A stretch of 45,588 nt of DNA, taken from positions 1 to 45,588 of IMG/VR virus record IMGVR_UViG_3300025846_000023. One strand, written 5' to 3'. Positions 1 through 7,151 of the stretch are shown in pieces. The position numbers and the translations under genes are program-made. The number at the start of each line of letters is the position of its first letter. Positions within the stretch are counted from its first letter, which is position 1. The stretch is from a virus. Its lineage: Duplodnaviria > Caudoviricetes. The notes under the pieces were generated by a model. It was not told the origin of the DNA, made no database searches, and worked only from the letters and a program-made list of their open reading frames with translations.

Positions 1-13
1 TTTAATATATTTT
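1..13 (+). repeat. 13-bp terminal direct repeat TTTAATATATTTT, identical to 45576-45588 (circular overlap)
   Basis: Direct comparison of the two ends. Confidence 0.8.
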
Positions 14-93
14 GATAATTATACTATAAGTATTATAAAATTACCATGTGTAAATTTGACAAATTTATTTATTATTTTCGTTTATAAATTATC

Positions 94-122
94 TTGATTA
101 TATACTTATTCTCCGCTATAAT
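94..122 (+). promoter_or_regulatory. Rightward sigma-A promoter converging on the repressor gene
   Basis: TTGATT(94-99)-17 bp-TATAAT(117-122). Confidence 0.6.
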
Positions 123-175
123 AAGGGTAATTAAATCAGACAATCCTATATAATCGGAATATGAGGGAGAATATC

Positions 176-286
176 ATGGTCGAAAGTGTGCATAAACACG
201 TTAGGAAACTTAGTACGTTTAAGAAAGTTCGTGTTCTTATTTTTTTACTTTATCAGATTTGTTTGAAAGGCGCTCGATTAAAGTAA
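176..286 (+). CDS. Unannotated 36-aa peptide MVESVHKHVRKLSTFKKVRVLIFLLYQICLKGARLK overlapping the repressor 3' end
   Basis: SD GAGGGAG 163-169, ATG 176, TAA 284-286, own upstream promoter. Confidence 0.5.
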   Translation: MVESVHKHVRKLSTFKKVRVLIFLLYQICLKGARLK

Positions 287-605
287 CTGCGAGTTGCCGA
301 TCTTCTTCTGTTTGTAATTTTTCAAACAATTCAACAATTTTCCGCGTCAAAAAATCATCATTAGCATTAGGCTTGTTGCCCTTATCGGCAATGGGCCTTT
401 TTTTATTGTCGTCACCGCCCAGCAGATAGTCAACGCTCACATTAAAATAATCAGCAAGTGTCTGCAATATGTCGCCGCTCGGAATGTTCCCGCGCTGCGT
501 CCAGTTAAGTACGGAGCTTTTGTTGTAGTTCAAGTCTGTCATCAACTTGTTTTTTGTAATGTGCTTGCCGGCAATGAGTTCTAAAAGTCTATCAGAGAAT
601 GTCAT
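237..605 (-). CDS. CI-like XRE HTH repressor, no S24 peptidase domain
   Basis: HTH_3 pattern (SSVLNWTQRGNIPS...LADYFNVSVDYLLG); divergent from cro-like gene. Confidence 0.88.
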   Translation of the reverse strand: MTFSDRLLELIAGKHITKNKLMTDLNYNKSSVLNWTQRGNIPSGDILQTLADYFNVSVDYLLGGDDNKKRPIADKGNKPNANDDFLTRKIVELFEKLQTEEDRQLAVTLIERLSNKSDKVKK

Positions 606-729
606 AATGTTACTCCCTTAGTTATTATATACAATATTATATATAATTATTGGTTTATTTTTCAAATTCGACATTTAAAACGGGAAAAGCCTCTAATATA
701 TTATATTCCAATTTTTTATACGATTATGC

Positions 730-758
730 TTGACAAACTCCAATCGTTTGGATATAAT
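730..758 (+). promoter_or_regulatory. Early lytic promoter (PR-like), perfect sigma-A consensus
   Basis: TTGACA(730-735)-17 bp-TATAAT(753-758). Confidence 0.85.
739..752. promoter_or_regulatory. Putative repressor operator TCCAA-N4-TTGGA
   Basis: Palindrome between the -35 and -10; repeated at 836-849, degenerate at 707-720. Confidence 0.7.
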
Positions 759-834
759 AGTATACGGTTAGTAAATTGCAAAACGGCATAGGTATAGCGC
801 ACTTGCTTGTAAGCAATTTTTTAAAGCTGTACTG

Positions 835-850
835 TTCCAAAATCTTGGAA
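835..850. promoter_or_regulatory. Second operator TTCCAA-N4-TTGGAA
   Basis: Same palindrome as 739-752. Confidence 0.65.
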
Positions 851-920
851 GATATGAATATAAAAGGAGGCGACCCGTAACAAACGAGGCCGTGTGAGAT
901 TATAAAGGTGTGGTGCTCTT

Positions 921-949
921 ATAATAGCACACTACTCGTAAAAATGCAA
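921..949 (-). promoter_or_regulatory. Leftward promoter facing PR
   Basis: Minus strand TTGCAT-17 bp-TATTAT with extended TG. Confidence 0.6.
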
Positions 950-1001
950 TAGATTTTACAAAAAATAATTAGAAAGTTATCCAAATTTTAAAGGAGGCAA
1001 A

Positions 1002-1202
1002 ATGAGGTTTCTTATAAAATCCCGGCTCGCTGCTCTCGGCTTAAAGTCAAACGATTTAATTGCCGAAATCAACAAGCGCGGTGAGCGAATTAACGCAGGC
1101 GATTTTTCAAACTACATAAGCGGGAAGAAGCGGGGCGACACGGCAGACCGGGTATGCGAAATGGCAGATACCATATTAAAGGAATTTGAAAGGAAAAATT
1201 AA
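1002..1202 (+). CDS. Cro-like HTH protein
   Basis: 66 aa, HTH-like (NAGDFSNYISGKKRG), strong SD, first gene after PR. Confidence 0.7.
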   Translation: MRFLIKSRLAALGLKSNDLIAEINKRGERINAGDFSNYISGKKRGDTADRVCEMADTILKEFERKN

Positions 1203-1876
1203 TGAAAGAACTTATACAAGCGGACGAACATGGACTATTTATAGACAACCACGACAAAGCAAGGGTAGACAGTCGGTATGTAGCAAAGGAATTTAGCAAA
1301 GAACATTATCACGTGTTGCGCAACATTAAAGAACTTGACTGTTCGGAAGAGTTTCGTCAATCCAATTTTGGATTGTCCTCTTACCTTGACGAGCAGAACA
1401 AAAAGCAACCAGTAGTCAATATGACACGCAACGGATTTGTTTTTCTTGCAATGGGTTACACCGGTAAGAAAGCCGCCGCCTTTAAGGAAGCCTACATAAA
1501 CCGATTTGACGAGATGGAACATTTTATCAAAACCGTTATCGCAGCACGAACCGAATTTCCGCTCTTAACCGCGAATATCAAACTTATCCATGACGAACCG
1601 CGCCCGTACCACTTCTCGAACGAATGCGACATGTTAAACCGTCTCATTCTCGGTGTGACCGCGAAACAGTTTCGCGCGGCGCACAACCTTGAAAAGTGTG
1701 ACAGTATCAGACCGTATCTCACACAGACGCAGATAGACCGCCTTGAGACGCTGCAAAAAGTTGATATAGGCTTATTGATTGCCGTACCGGACTTTGAACA
1801 GCGCAAGCGTTACCTTGAATGGTATTTGATGAAAACTTATCCGCAGTTAAAGGAGGTAACCCCATGCCAAGAATAA
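1202..1876 (+). CDS. Rha family phage regulatory protein
   Basis: DSRYVAKEFSKEHYHVLRNI...MTRNGFVFLAMGYTGKKAAAFKEAYINRFDEME. Confidence 0.9.
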   Translation: MKELIQADEHGLFIDNHDKARVDSRYVAKEFSKEHYHVLRNIKELDCSEEFRQSNFGLSSYLDEQNKKQPVVNMTRNGFVFLAMGYTGKKAAAFKEAYINRFDEMEHFIKTVIAARTEFPLLTANIKLIHDEPRPYHFSNECDMLNRLILGVTAKQFRAAHNLEKCDSIRPYLTQTQIDRLETLQKVDIGLLIAVPDFEQRKRYLEWYLMKTYPQLKEVTPCQE

Positions 1877-2055
1877 TAGCCGATATGCGGTTTAACGAGA
1901 ATTTCTTCTTCACTAAAGAAGAAGTAGATGCTCTCGCCACAGTTCCCAGCGAAGTAGTTGACCTGTTAAAAAGTAAAAATCTCACCTATGTTGAAGCAAT
2001 AGAAGTGCTCCGCATAAGCAAGATTTTACTTGAAGTCAGAAGCGAGATTAATTAA
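1864..2055 (+). CDS. Hypothetical protein (63 aa)
   Basis: SD AGGAGG 1851-1856, ATG 1864. Confidence 0.6.
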   Translation: MPRIIADMRFNENFFFTKEEVDALATVPSEVVDLLKSKNLTYVEAIEVLRISKILLEVRSEIN

Positions 2056-2234
2056 ACGGTTCTTGTGCCGTGCTCTTCAATACGTTTGCCGACCTCATCT
2101 CTCTTTACCTGACCGATTTTGATATAAACTTCCCAGTATTTAAGATAAAATTCTTCGGGCGTAGGTTTGCCGATGTCGATTTTCTCCAGGTAAAGCATGG
2201 TTAACTCATGCAATAACTGCCCTCCGTCAATCAC
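2052..2234 (-). CDS. Counter-oriented moron-like hypothetical protein (60 aa from GTG 2234)
   Basis: SD GGGAGGT (2241-2247, minus) and own promoter. Confidence 0.7.
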   Translation of the reverse strand: MIDGGQLLHELTMLYLEKIDIGKPTPEEFYLKYWEVYIKIGQVKRDEVGKRIEEHGTRTV

Positions 2235-2257
2235 AATATCACCTCCCTTCACCGCGC

Positions 2258-2286
2258 ATTATATCATGCTTATGAAGGGAAAGCAA
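2258..2286 (-). promoter_or_regulatory. Leftward promoter for 2052-2234
   Basis: TTGCTT-17 bp-TATAAT with extended TG. Confidence 0.7.
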
Positions 2287-2323
2287 CATATTAATACAAT
2301 TTAGTACAAAAGAGGTAAATAAT

Positions 2324-2587
2324 ATGCCAAAAACATTATCACGTGAATACATCGAATCATGCACCATCAAGCAATTAGCGGACGAATACAACCTCGAAAT
2401 GAAAGCCGCATTCGGCACCGATAAAGTAAAACTGCCCGCCATCATGACTTACCTCGGCTGCAAGTCACGCGACACCGCTTACCGGCGCCTCGAAAACGTT
2501 CCGCATTACGGCGGCACAAAACTATACCGCACAATCGACATAGCGAGGCATTTCGCTGAAAAGGAATTAAAAACTAAAAGAAAGTAA
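2324..2587 (+). CDS. Small DNA-binding protein, possible excisionase
   Basis: Winged-HTH-like (IMTYLGCKSRDTAYRRL...KLYRTIDIA); early position. Confidence 0.45.
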   Translation: MPKTLSREYIESCTIKQLADEYNLEMKAAFGTDKVKLPAIMTYLGCKSRDTAYRRLENVPHYGGTKLYRTIDIARHFAEKELKTKRK

Positions 2588-2602
2588 AGGAGGCGGAAAC
2601 GG

Positions 2603-3391
2603 TTGGGCGAAACAAAGGTATGCACTCAATGCAGAATTGAAAAACCCGCGACGACAGAATATTTTAGTAAACAAACAATCGGCAAAAACGGATTGCAACC
2701 CGCTTGCAAGGAGTGTTGCAAGCGATACCGTGAAGCTAACAAAGACAAAATCGTGCAACATAACAAAGAATATCGAGAAACAAATAAAGACAAAATCGCG
2801 CAACAACATAAGCAATGGCGCGAAGCTAATAAAGAACATATCGCGCAACATCGCAGAGTTAACATAGAGCATATCGCGCAATACCTCGAAACCCATAAAG
2901 AGCATATCGCGCAACGCAACAAAGAACATTACGAATTAATCAAAGAGCATCAACGCGCATACGGCAAAGAATATCAAAAATTAAATAAAGAACATATTGC
3001 GCAACATAAAAAGCAATGGTCACAATCCAACCCAGACAAATGCATAGCAGCAAAGCAAAGACGGCGTGCCTATAAAGCAGACCTACCCGCGAACTTCACG
3101 GCAGAGCAATGGGAAACGGCAAAAGAACACTTTAACAACGTTTGCGCTTATTGTGGCGTTCAAGTACCGTTAACACAGGATCATGTCGTACCACTATCAA
3201 AGGGTGGCGCATATACGCATGACAATATAATCCCAGCATGTTCCAAATGCAATAGTTCTAAAAGAAGCCGAGAATTTAAAGAGTGGTATCACAAGCAACC
3301 GTTTTACAGCAAGAGGCGCGAACAAACAATTATCAATTATTTAAACGGGGAATATCACGGAACGCAAATATCGTTTGAAGCGGAGGCGTAA
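2603..3391 (+). CDS. HNH endonuclease with N-terminal Zn finger and helical EHIAQ repeats
   Basis: CTQC..CKEC; CAYCG...QDHVVPLSKGGAYTHDNIIPACSKCNSSK. Confidence 0.9.
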   Translation: MGETKVCTQCRIEKPATTEYFSKQTIGKNGLQPACKECCKRYREANKDKIVQHNKEYRETNKDKIAQQHKQWREANKEHIAQHRRVNIEHIAQYLETHKEHIAQRNKEHYELIKEHQRAYGKEYQKLNKEHIAQHKKQWSQSNPDKCIAAKQRRRAYKADLPANFTAEQWETAKEHFNNVCAYCGVQVPLTQDHVVPLSKGGAYTHDNIIPACSKCNSSKRSREFKEWYHKQPFYSKRREQTIINYLNGEYHGTQISFEAEA

Positions 3392-3394
3392 CCC

Positions 3395-3499
3395 ATGACC
3401 GACTATTGCGACCACTGCAACGGTTGCCGCCCGTCCTGCATATTTCACAGGACGCAAACACCACCAATTACATTAATAAAGGAAGGTAAAAACACATGA
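3395..3499 (+). CDS. Unannotated 34-aa Cys-rich peptide MTDYCDHCNGCRPSCIFHRTQTPPITLIKEGKNT
   Basis: SD GGAGG 3382-3386; ATGA overlap with next gene. Confidence 0.55.
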   Translation: MTDYCDHCNGCRPSCIFHRTQTPPITLIKEGKNT

Positions 3500-3690
3500 G
3501 CATGACACGAACCATAAAACGCAACATGATCCGCCGCGAAATGACAATGGGCGGCAGACGGCACTACGACAAACGCGAACGTGACCCGTACGGCAACAAG
3601 CTGCCAAGCGCATTTAGCTTGCTGTGGAAGAAGCTGACCGGGCAGAAGCACGCTAAAGTTAAGCGGTGCGCTGCGAGCGAAAGGAGATAA
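3496..3690 (+). CDS. Basic hypothetical protein
   Basis: SD AAGGAAGG; operon continuity. Confidence 0.6.
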   Translation: MSMTRTIKRNMIRREMTMGGRRHYDKRERDPYGNKLPSAFSLLWKKLTGQKHAKVKRCAASERR

Positions 3691-3696
3691 CCTATA

Positions 3697-3990
3697 ATGG
3701 AAAAATTTAAAATAGGCGATAAAGCTATAATTGTCCACTCAGGAAACGTATACGGCAATTACAACGATTTTTATAACGAGCATAAAACAAACGAGTGCTT
3801 CCCGTTTAAGGGATACCGACGCGGTCAAGCCAATAACGGTACAGAAGGCGTGATAATGGCATTCGCAAAACACCCCAACAATGGCAGAATGCTCTATCTG
3901 CTAAACAGTGAAAGCGACAATGAGTGCATCATTATAAGCGAATCTGGGATTGAGTCTGTAACCGGAAGCGAGATAAATTATAATGGATAA
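3697..3990 (+). CDS. Hypothetical protein, KOW/SH3-like (FKIGD start)
   Basis: SD AGGAG; FKIGDKAII motif. Confidence 0.65.
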   Translation: MEKFKIGDKAIIVHSGNVYGNYNDFYNEHKTNECFPFKGYRRGQANNGTEGVIMAFAKHPNNGRMLYLLNSESDNECIIISESGIESVTGSEINYNG

Positions 3991-4243
3991 CCCCGAATTA
4001 ACAGCATCTATACAGGCAGAGCTTATCTCCCGTCAGCGACACGTAATCGCAGCACTCCGCCGCGAAAATGAGCAGCTCAACTCCGGCATGGCAAAACTGT
4101 CAAAGATTCTGACCATCGCATTACAGGACAGCGGCGCTTCACTCGTCGTAAGCCGGGAGCGATATAACGAAACGGTACCGAATTTTACGCTCGGCGAAAA
4201 CATCGGCGGCGACACATTGGTCTATTACAGGAGGGTAAATTAA
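3983..4243 (+). CDS. Hypothetical protein with coiled coil
   Basis: Overlaps neighbours in operon. Confidence 0.6.
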   Translation: MDNPELTASIQAELISRQRHVIAALRRENEQLNSGMAKLSKILTIALQDSGASLVVSRERYNETVPNFTLGENIGGDTLVYYRRVN

Positions 4244-4713
4244 TGAATAAATTCAAGGTAGGAGATAAGCCGCGAATCAGATCTGATTTAAAAAGTTATG
4301 TAAAATATGGCGAATACACCGCCGTACCAGGAATGCAAGCTTTGTGGAGGGGGATGGTGCTTGCCATAACCGAAGTTATTGAAGACGGATATCGTTTAAA
4401 CAATTTATGGTACGTCTGGACGGACAAAATGTTTGAAGCCGTTGCGTCCGGCGAACACCGCAAACCTGAACCGCCGAAGCCCGAACCGATAATGATTGGC
4501 GGCAAAGAGTTAAAAGCGGGCAGCAAGTTTATATTAAAGCCGTTCGACACTCATTACAATTTCTACATAGACACAGCAAAATGGGATAGGCTTTACGGCG
4601 AGGTACTCGAAGTTAAAAGCATAATTAATCGCGAGAACGTAGTGCGAACGGCATCCCACTCGTGGCTTATAAAATTCGCCGCCATCGACCGCATAATCGA
4701 GGTAACGCCATGA
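4243..4713 (+). CDS. Hypothetical protein, two SH3-like modules
   Basis: MNKFKVGDKPRIRSDL; Pro-rich linker. Confidence 0.65.
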   Translation: MNKFKVGDKPRIRSDLKSYVKYGEYTAVPGMQALWRGMVLAITEVIEDGYRLNNLWYVWTDKMFEAVASGEHRKPEPPKPEPIMIGGKELKAGSKFILKPFDTHYNFYIDTAKWDRLYGEVLEVKSIINRENVVRTASHSWLIKFAAIDRIIEVTP

Positions 4714-4946
4714 AGCGCAGCGTTGGTGACCGTGTAATCGCGGTAGACACAGAATGGATGCGTGACCGCGGGGTTACGCCGAACAGTGAGGGTATTATCC
4801 TAAGAATCGTCAGTAATTTAAAAATCGTACCGCATCTTTTTTACAGAATAGTATTCAATTTCTCCAATGGTAACAAATTAAAAGTTGTTGTGTGCGACGA
4901 TTCCGATCTGCTGCCCGCCGAACCTGTAACGGAACGTGAGCCATGA
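4710..4946 (+). CDS. Hypothetical SH3-like protein (start at ATG 4710)
   Basis: SD GAGGT, ATGA coupling, VGDRV motif. Confidence 0.6.
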   Translation: MKRSVGDRVIAVDTEWMRDRGVTPNSEGIILRIVSNLKIVPHLFYRIVFNFSNGNKLKVVVCDDSDLLPAEPVTEREP

Positions 4947-5224
4947 CATGCGATATATGCGGCAAATCGTTTACTAAAGGCTATAACGGGCGCACGGTAA
5001 ATATCTGTTCTCCGCTGTGCGGCAAAGCATATTATCTCAAGACTTATTTAAACCGGCTTGAAGAACGCCGCGGCAAAGATGAAGCAAGCAACCCGATTAC
5101 ATATCAACAAGCAAGAGAACTTGCCGCATGGCTTTCGGTATATGTATACGGAAACGACGACGCGCAAAAACGAGCAGGACGAATTATTAAAGAATTTGTG
5201 CGGCAAGAATGGGAGGGAGCGTGA
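4943..5224 (+). CDS. Zn-finger hypothetical protein
   Basis: CDICG...CSPLC. Confidence 0.6.
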   Translation: MTCDICGKSFTKGYNGRTVNICSPLCGKAYYLKTYLNRLEERRGKDEASNPITYQQARELAAWLSVYVYGNDDAQKRAGRIIKEFVRQEWEGA

Positions 5225-5227
5225 GCC

Positions 5228-5425
5228 TTGAAATATATATCAACAACAGTTTACAAGTGCGACCCAAGTAAAAACACCGAATGCGAAAGCAGAAATCATT
5301 GTTGTATGGGGTGCTTCGCTACCGATAATAAAAAATATTCTGTAGACGGTAAGCCTTATCACTTCGGACATAAACATAAATTATTTTTAAGGGGATATGG
5401 GCGCAGATTCAATATTAAATTTTAG
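5228..5425 (+). CDS. Cys-rich hypothetical protein
   Basis: SD GGGAG; YKCDPSKNTEC. Confidence 0.55.
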   Translation: MKYISTTVYKCDPSKNTECESRNHCCMGCFATDNKKYSVDGKPYHFGHKHKLFLRGYGRRFNIKF

Positions 5426-5434
5426 GAGGGTAAT

Positions 5435-5746
5435 ATGGCAATGGTAAAAAAACTCAACCGCACCGCACAAGTCGGAGAATGGATAGAAATCACACCCGAT
5501 AAAGCAGACGATAACCGTTACAGTGTTGGCGACATTTTCCGCGTAACGCATTCGTCTCATTCTACAACAGGCGATTCCGGTGTGTGCATAAATACGCCGG
5601 CCGAACAAGACGTGTTTGTATTCAACTATGAATATGTTGTTTTACAACGCCGAAAAATCACACCCGCGGCAATTTCAGCCATGGCATGGCTGTTTGTAAC
5701 GCTTGTCGGCATGATAATTGTGCTGCTGTTGGGTAAATGGATATGA
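5435..5746 (+). CDS. SH3-like domain protein with C-terminal TM helix
   Basis: RTAQVGEWIEI...YSVGDIFRV...EYVVL; hydrophobic C-terminus. Confidence 0.65.
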   Translation: MAMVKKLNRTAQVGEWIEITPDKADDNRYSVGDIFRVTHSSHSTTGDSGVCINTPAEQDVFVFNYEYVVLQRRKITPAAISAMAWLFVTLVGMIIVLLLGKWI

Positions 5747-5994
5747 ATAACGAAGCAGTCGCTTTTCGCCAAGAGTATGAGCGACTTAAATCCATAGCGC
5801 AGGCGGCACCGGCACCGGCACCGAAGCGCCGCAAACACTATCATCTGACCGCAAGCGAAACCGTGCGTCGCGACGAGATGACCGCAGCAGGCGATTCCGT
5901 AAAACTGATTGCCTATAGGTTGGGCGTGACGGTACATGCGATATATAATGTGCGATACAGAAAAGCGAAGAAGGCGAAAAATGTCGCTGATTGA
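5737..5994 (+). CDS. Small HTH DNA-binding protein
   Basis: GDSVKLIAYRLGVTVHAIYNVR. Confidence 0.6.
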   Translation: MDMNNEAVAFRQEYERLKSIAQAAPAPAPKRRKHYHLTASETVRRDEMTAAGDSVKLIAYRLGVTVHAIYNVRYRKAKKAKNVAD

Positions 5995-6607
5995 GCTGAA
6001 ATACGGCGACAATGGCGTATACGAATATGACCGCGAAGCCGTGGCAATAAAGCGGTTGCAAATGTTTGAGCCGATAGCATTATCACTTTCGCCGGACGGA
6101 TATTATCTCGCGGATTCGGGCGGCAAGGATAGTGGCGTTATAAAGCGGATTGCCGAGAAGTCGGGCGTTAAGTTTGAAATCGTGCATAACCATACAGGAT
6201 TAGACCATCCCGAAACGGTATATTTTGTGAGGCGTGAGAAACTGCGTTATGAAGCAGCAGGCATTAAATATACGATATCAATGTCGGAACTGTCACCGTG
6301 GGCGTTAATGCGAAAAAATAAGATGCCTCCTACGCGGATAGCGCGATACTGCTGCAGGTACTTGAAAGAGCGCGGCGAAGGTAACACACACCCGACCGTT
6401 AAACCATTAAAGCTGATTGAATATCTGATTAATTTAGTCACACCGCCTAATGGTACAACACTTGACCCGTTTATCGGAAGTGGTACATCAGCAATCGCGG
6501 CAACCAACACGGGGCATAATTGCATAGGCTTTGAATCAGATGAAACAAATTACGGCATAGCGACTAAACGGGTATGCGACGTAATGCCACAGATGAAACT
6601 ATTATGA
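5981..6607 (+). CDS. Chimera: PAPS-reductase-family N-terminal part fused to C-terminal SAM-binding part of an N4/N6 DNA methyltransferase
   Basis: SGGKDS, HNHTGLDHPET, RYCCRYLKE, then HPTVKP and DPFIGSGT. Confidence 0.8.
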   Translation: MSLIELKYGDNGVYEYDREAVAIKRLQMFEPIALSLSPDGYYLADSGGKDSGVIKRIAEKSGVKFEIVHNHTGLDHPETVYFVRREKLRYEAAGIKYTISMSELSPWALMRKNKMPPTRIARYCCRYLKERGEGNTHPTVKPLKLIEYLINLVTPPNGTTLDPFIGSGTSAIAATNTGHNCIGFESDETNYGIATKRVCDVMPQMKLL

Positions 6608-6635
6608 ACGGCGGTGCATCATGACCCGGCATAGC

Positions 6636-6665
6636 AAAAGCCCGCAACGTTACAGCGTCACGGGC
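6636..6665 (-). terminator. Intrinsic terminator of antisense transcript
   Basis: GCCCGUGACG/CGUUGCGGGC + UUUU; G-U pairs form only on minus strand. Confidence 0.7.
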
Positions 6666-6682
6666 GGCATAGGAAAGTAATT
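6636..6682 (-). ncRNA. Putative ~47-nt antisense small RNA
   Basis: Bounded by promoter 6689-6717 and terminator 6636-6665. Confidence 0.55.
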
Positions 6683-6688
6683 AACGAT

Positions 6689-6717
6689 AGTGTAGCAGAA
6701 TTAAATGTAAATGTCAA
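6689..6717 (-). promoter_or_regulatory. Leftward sigma-A promoter
   Basis: TTGACA-17 bp-TACACT with extended TG. Confidence 0.7.
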
Positions 6718-6728
6718 GGAGGCATAAA

Positions 6729-6932
6729 ATGGGACAGGCTGAAACCGAACAAAAGCTGCTCGAGCTCGCGCGATTAATGCGCGACGTGTACCGCCAATAT
6801 GCGGGCAACGTGCAATATTTAGAGTTTTTCATGGTGAACGGAAACATACATATTTACAACGCTTACTGGGACCGCGAAAAGGGTACGCCGATAAACGTGG
6901 ACGAATCGGAGGCGCAAAATGCCGGAGATTAA
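6729..6932 (+). CDS. Hypothetical protein (start at ATG 6729)
   Basis: SD AAGGAGG 6716-6722. Confidence 0.6.
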   Translation: MGQAETEQKLLELARLMRDVYRQYAGNVQYLEFFMVNGNIHIYNAYWDREKGTPINVDESEAQNAGD

Positions 6933-7128
6933 CGACCACCCCGATATCACCGCCGCTATAAGGACAGGCTATCCGCGCGGCAAGCAACCAAAGACGCACC
7001 GCTGTCCTGTATGTGGGGAGGAAATCGACGCAGGTACGACGCTATATATAAACTGGGCTAATGAGATTGTCGGGTGCAGCGATTGTCTGCTCTCGGTGGA
7101 TGCAGAAGAACACTTTAACGATAATTAA
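6919..7128 (+). CDS. Zn-ribbon protein
   Basis: CPVCG...GCSDC. Confidence 0.7.
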   Translation: MPEINDHPDITAAIRTGYPRGKQPKTHRCPVCGEEIDAGTTLYINWANEIVGCSDCLLSVDAEEHFNDN

Positions 7129-7151
7129 AAATTATAAGGAGAGATTTAAAA

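Noticed and set aside
1-13. Terminal 13-bp repeat as attL/attR
   Set aside because: An intact tRNA-derived attP lies next to int; this AT-rich overlap is better explained by circular assembly
5981-6607. Dnd/Ssp phosphorothioation system or complete MTase
   Set aside because: No partner genes; both halves truncated; no DPPY motif
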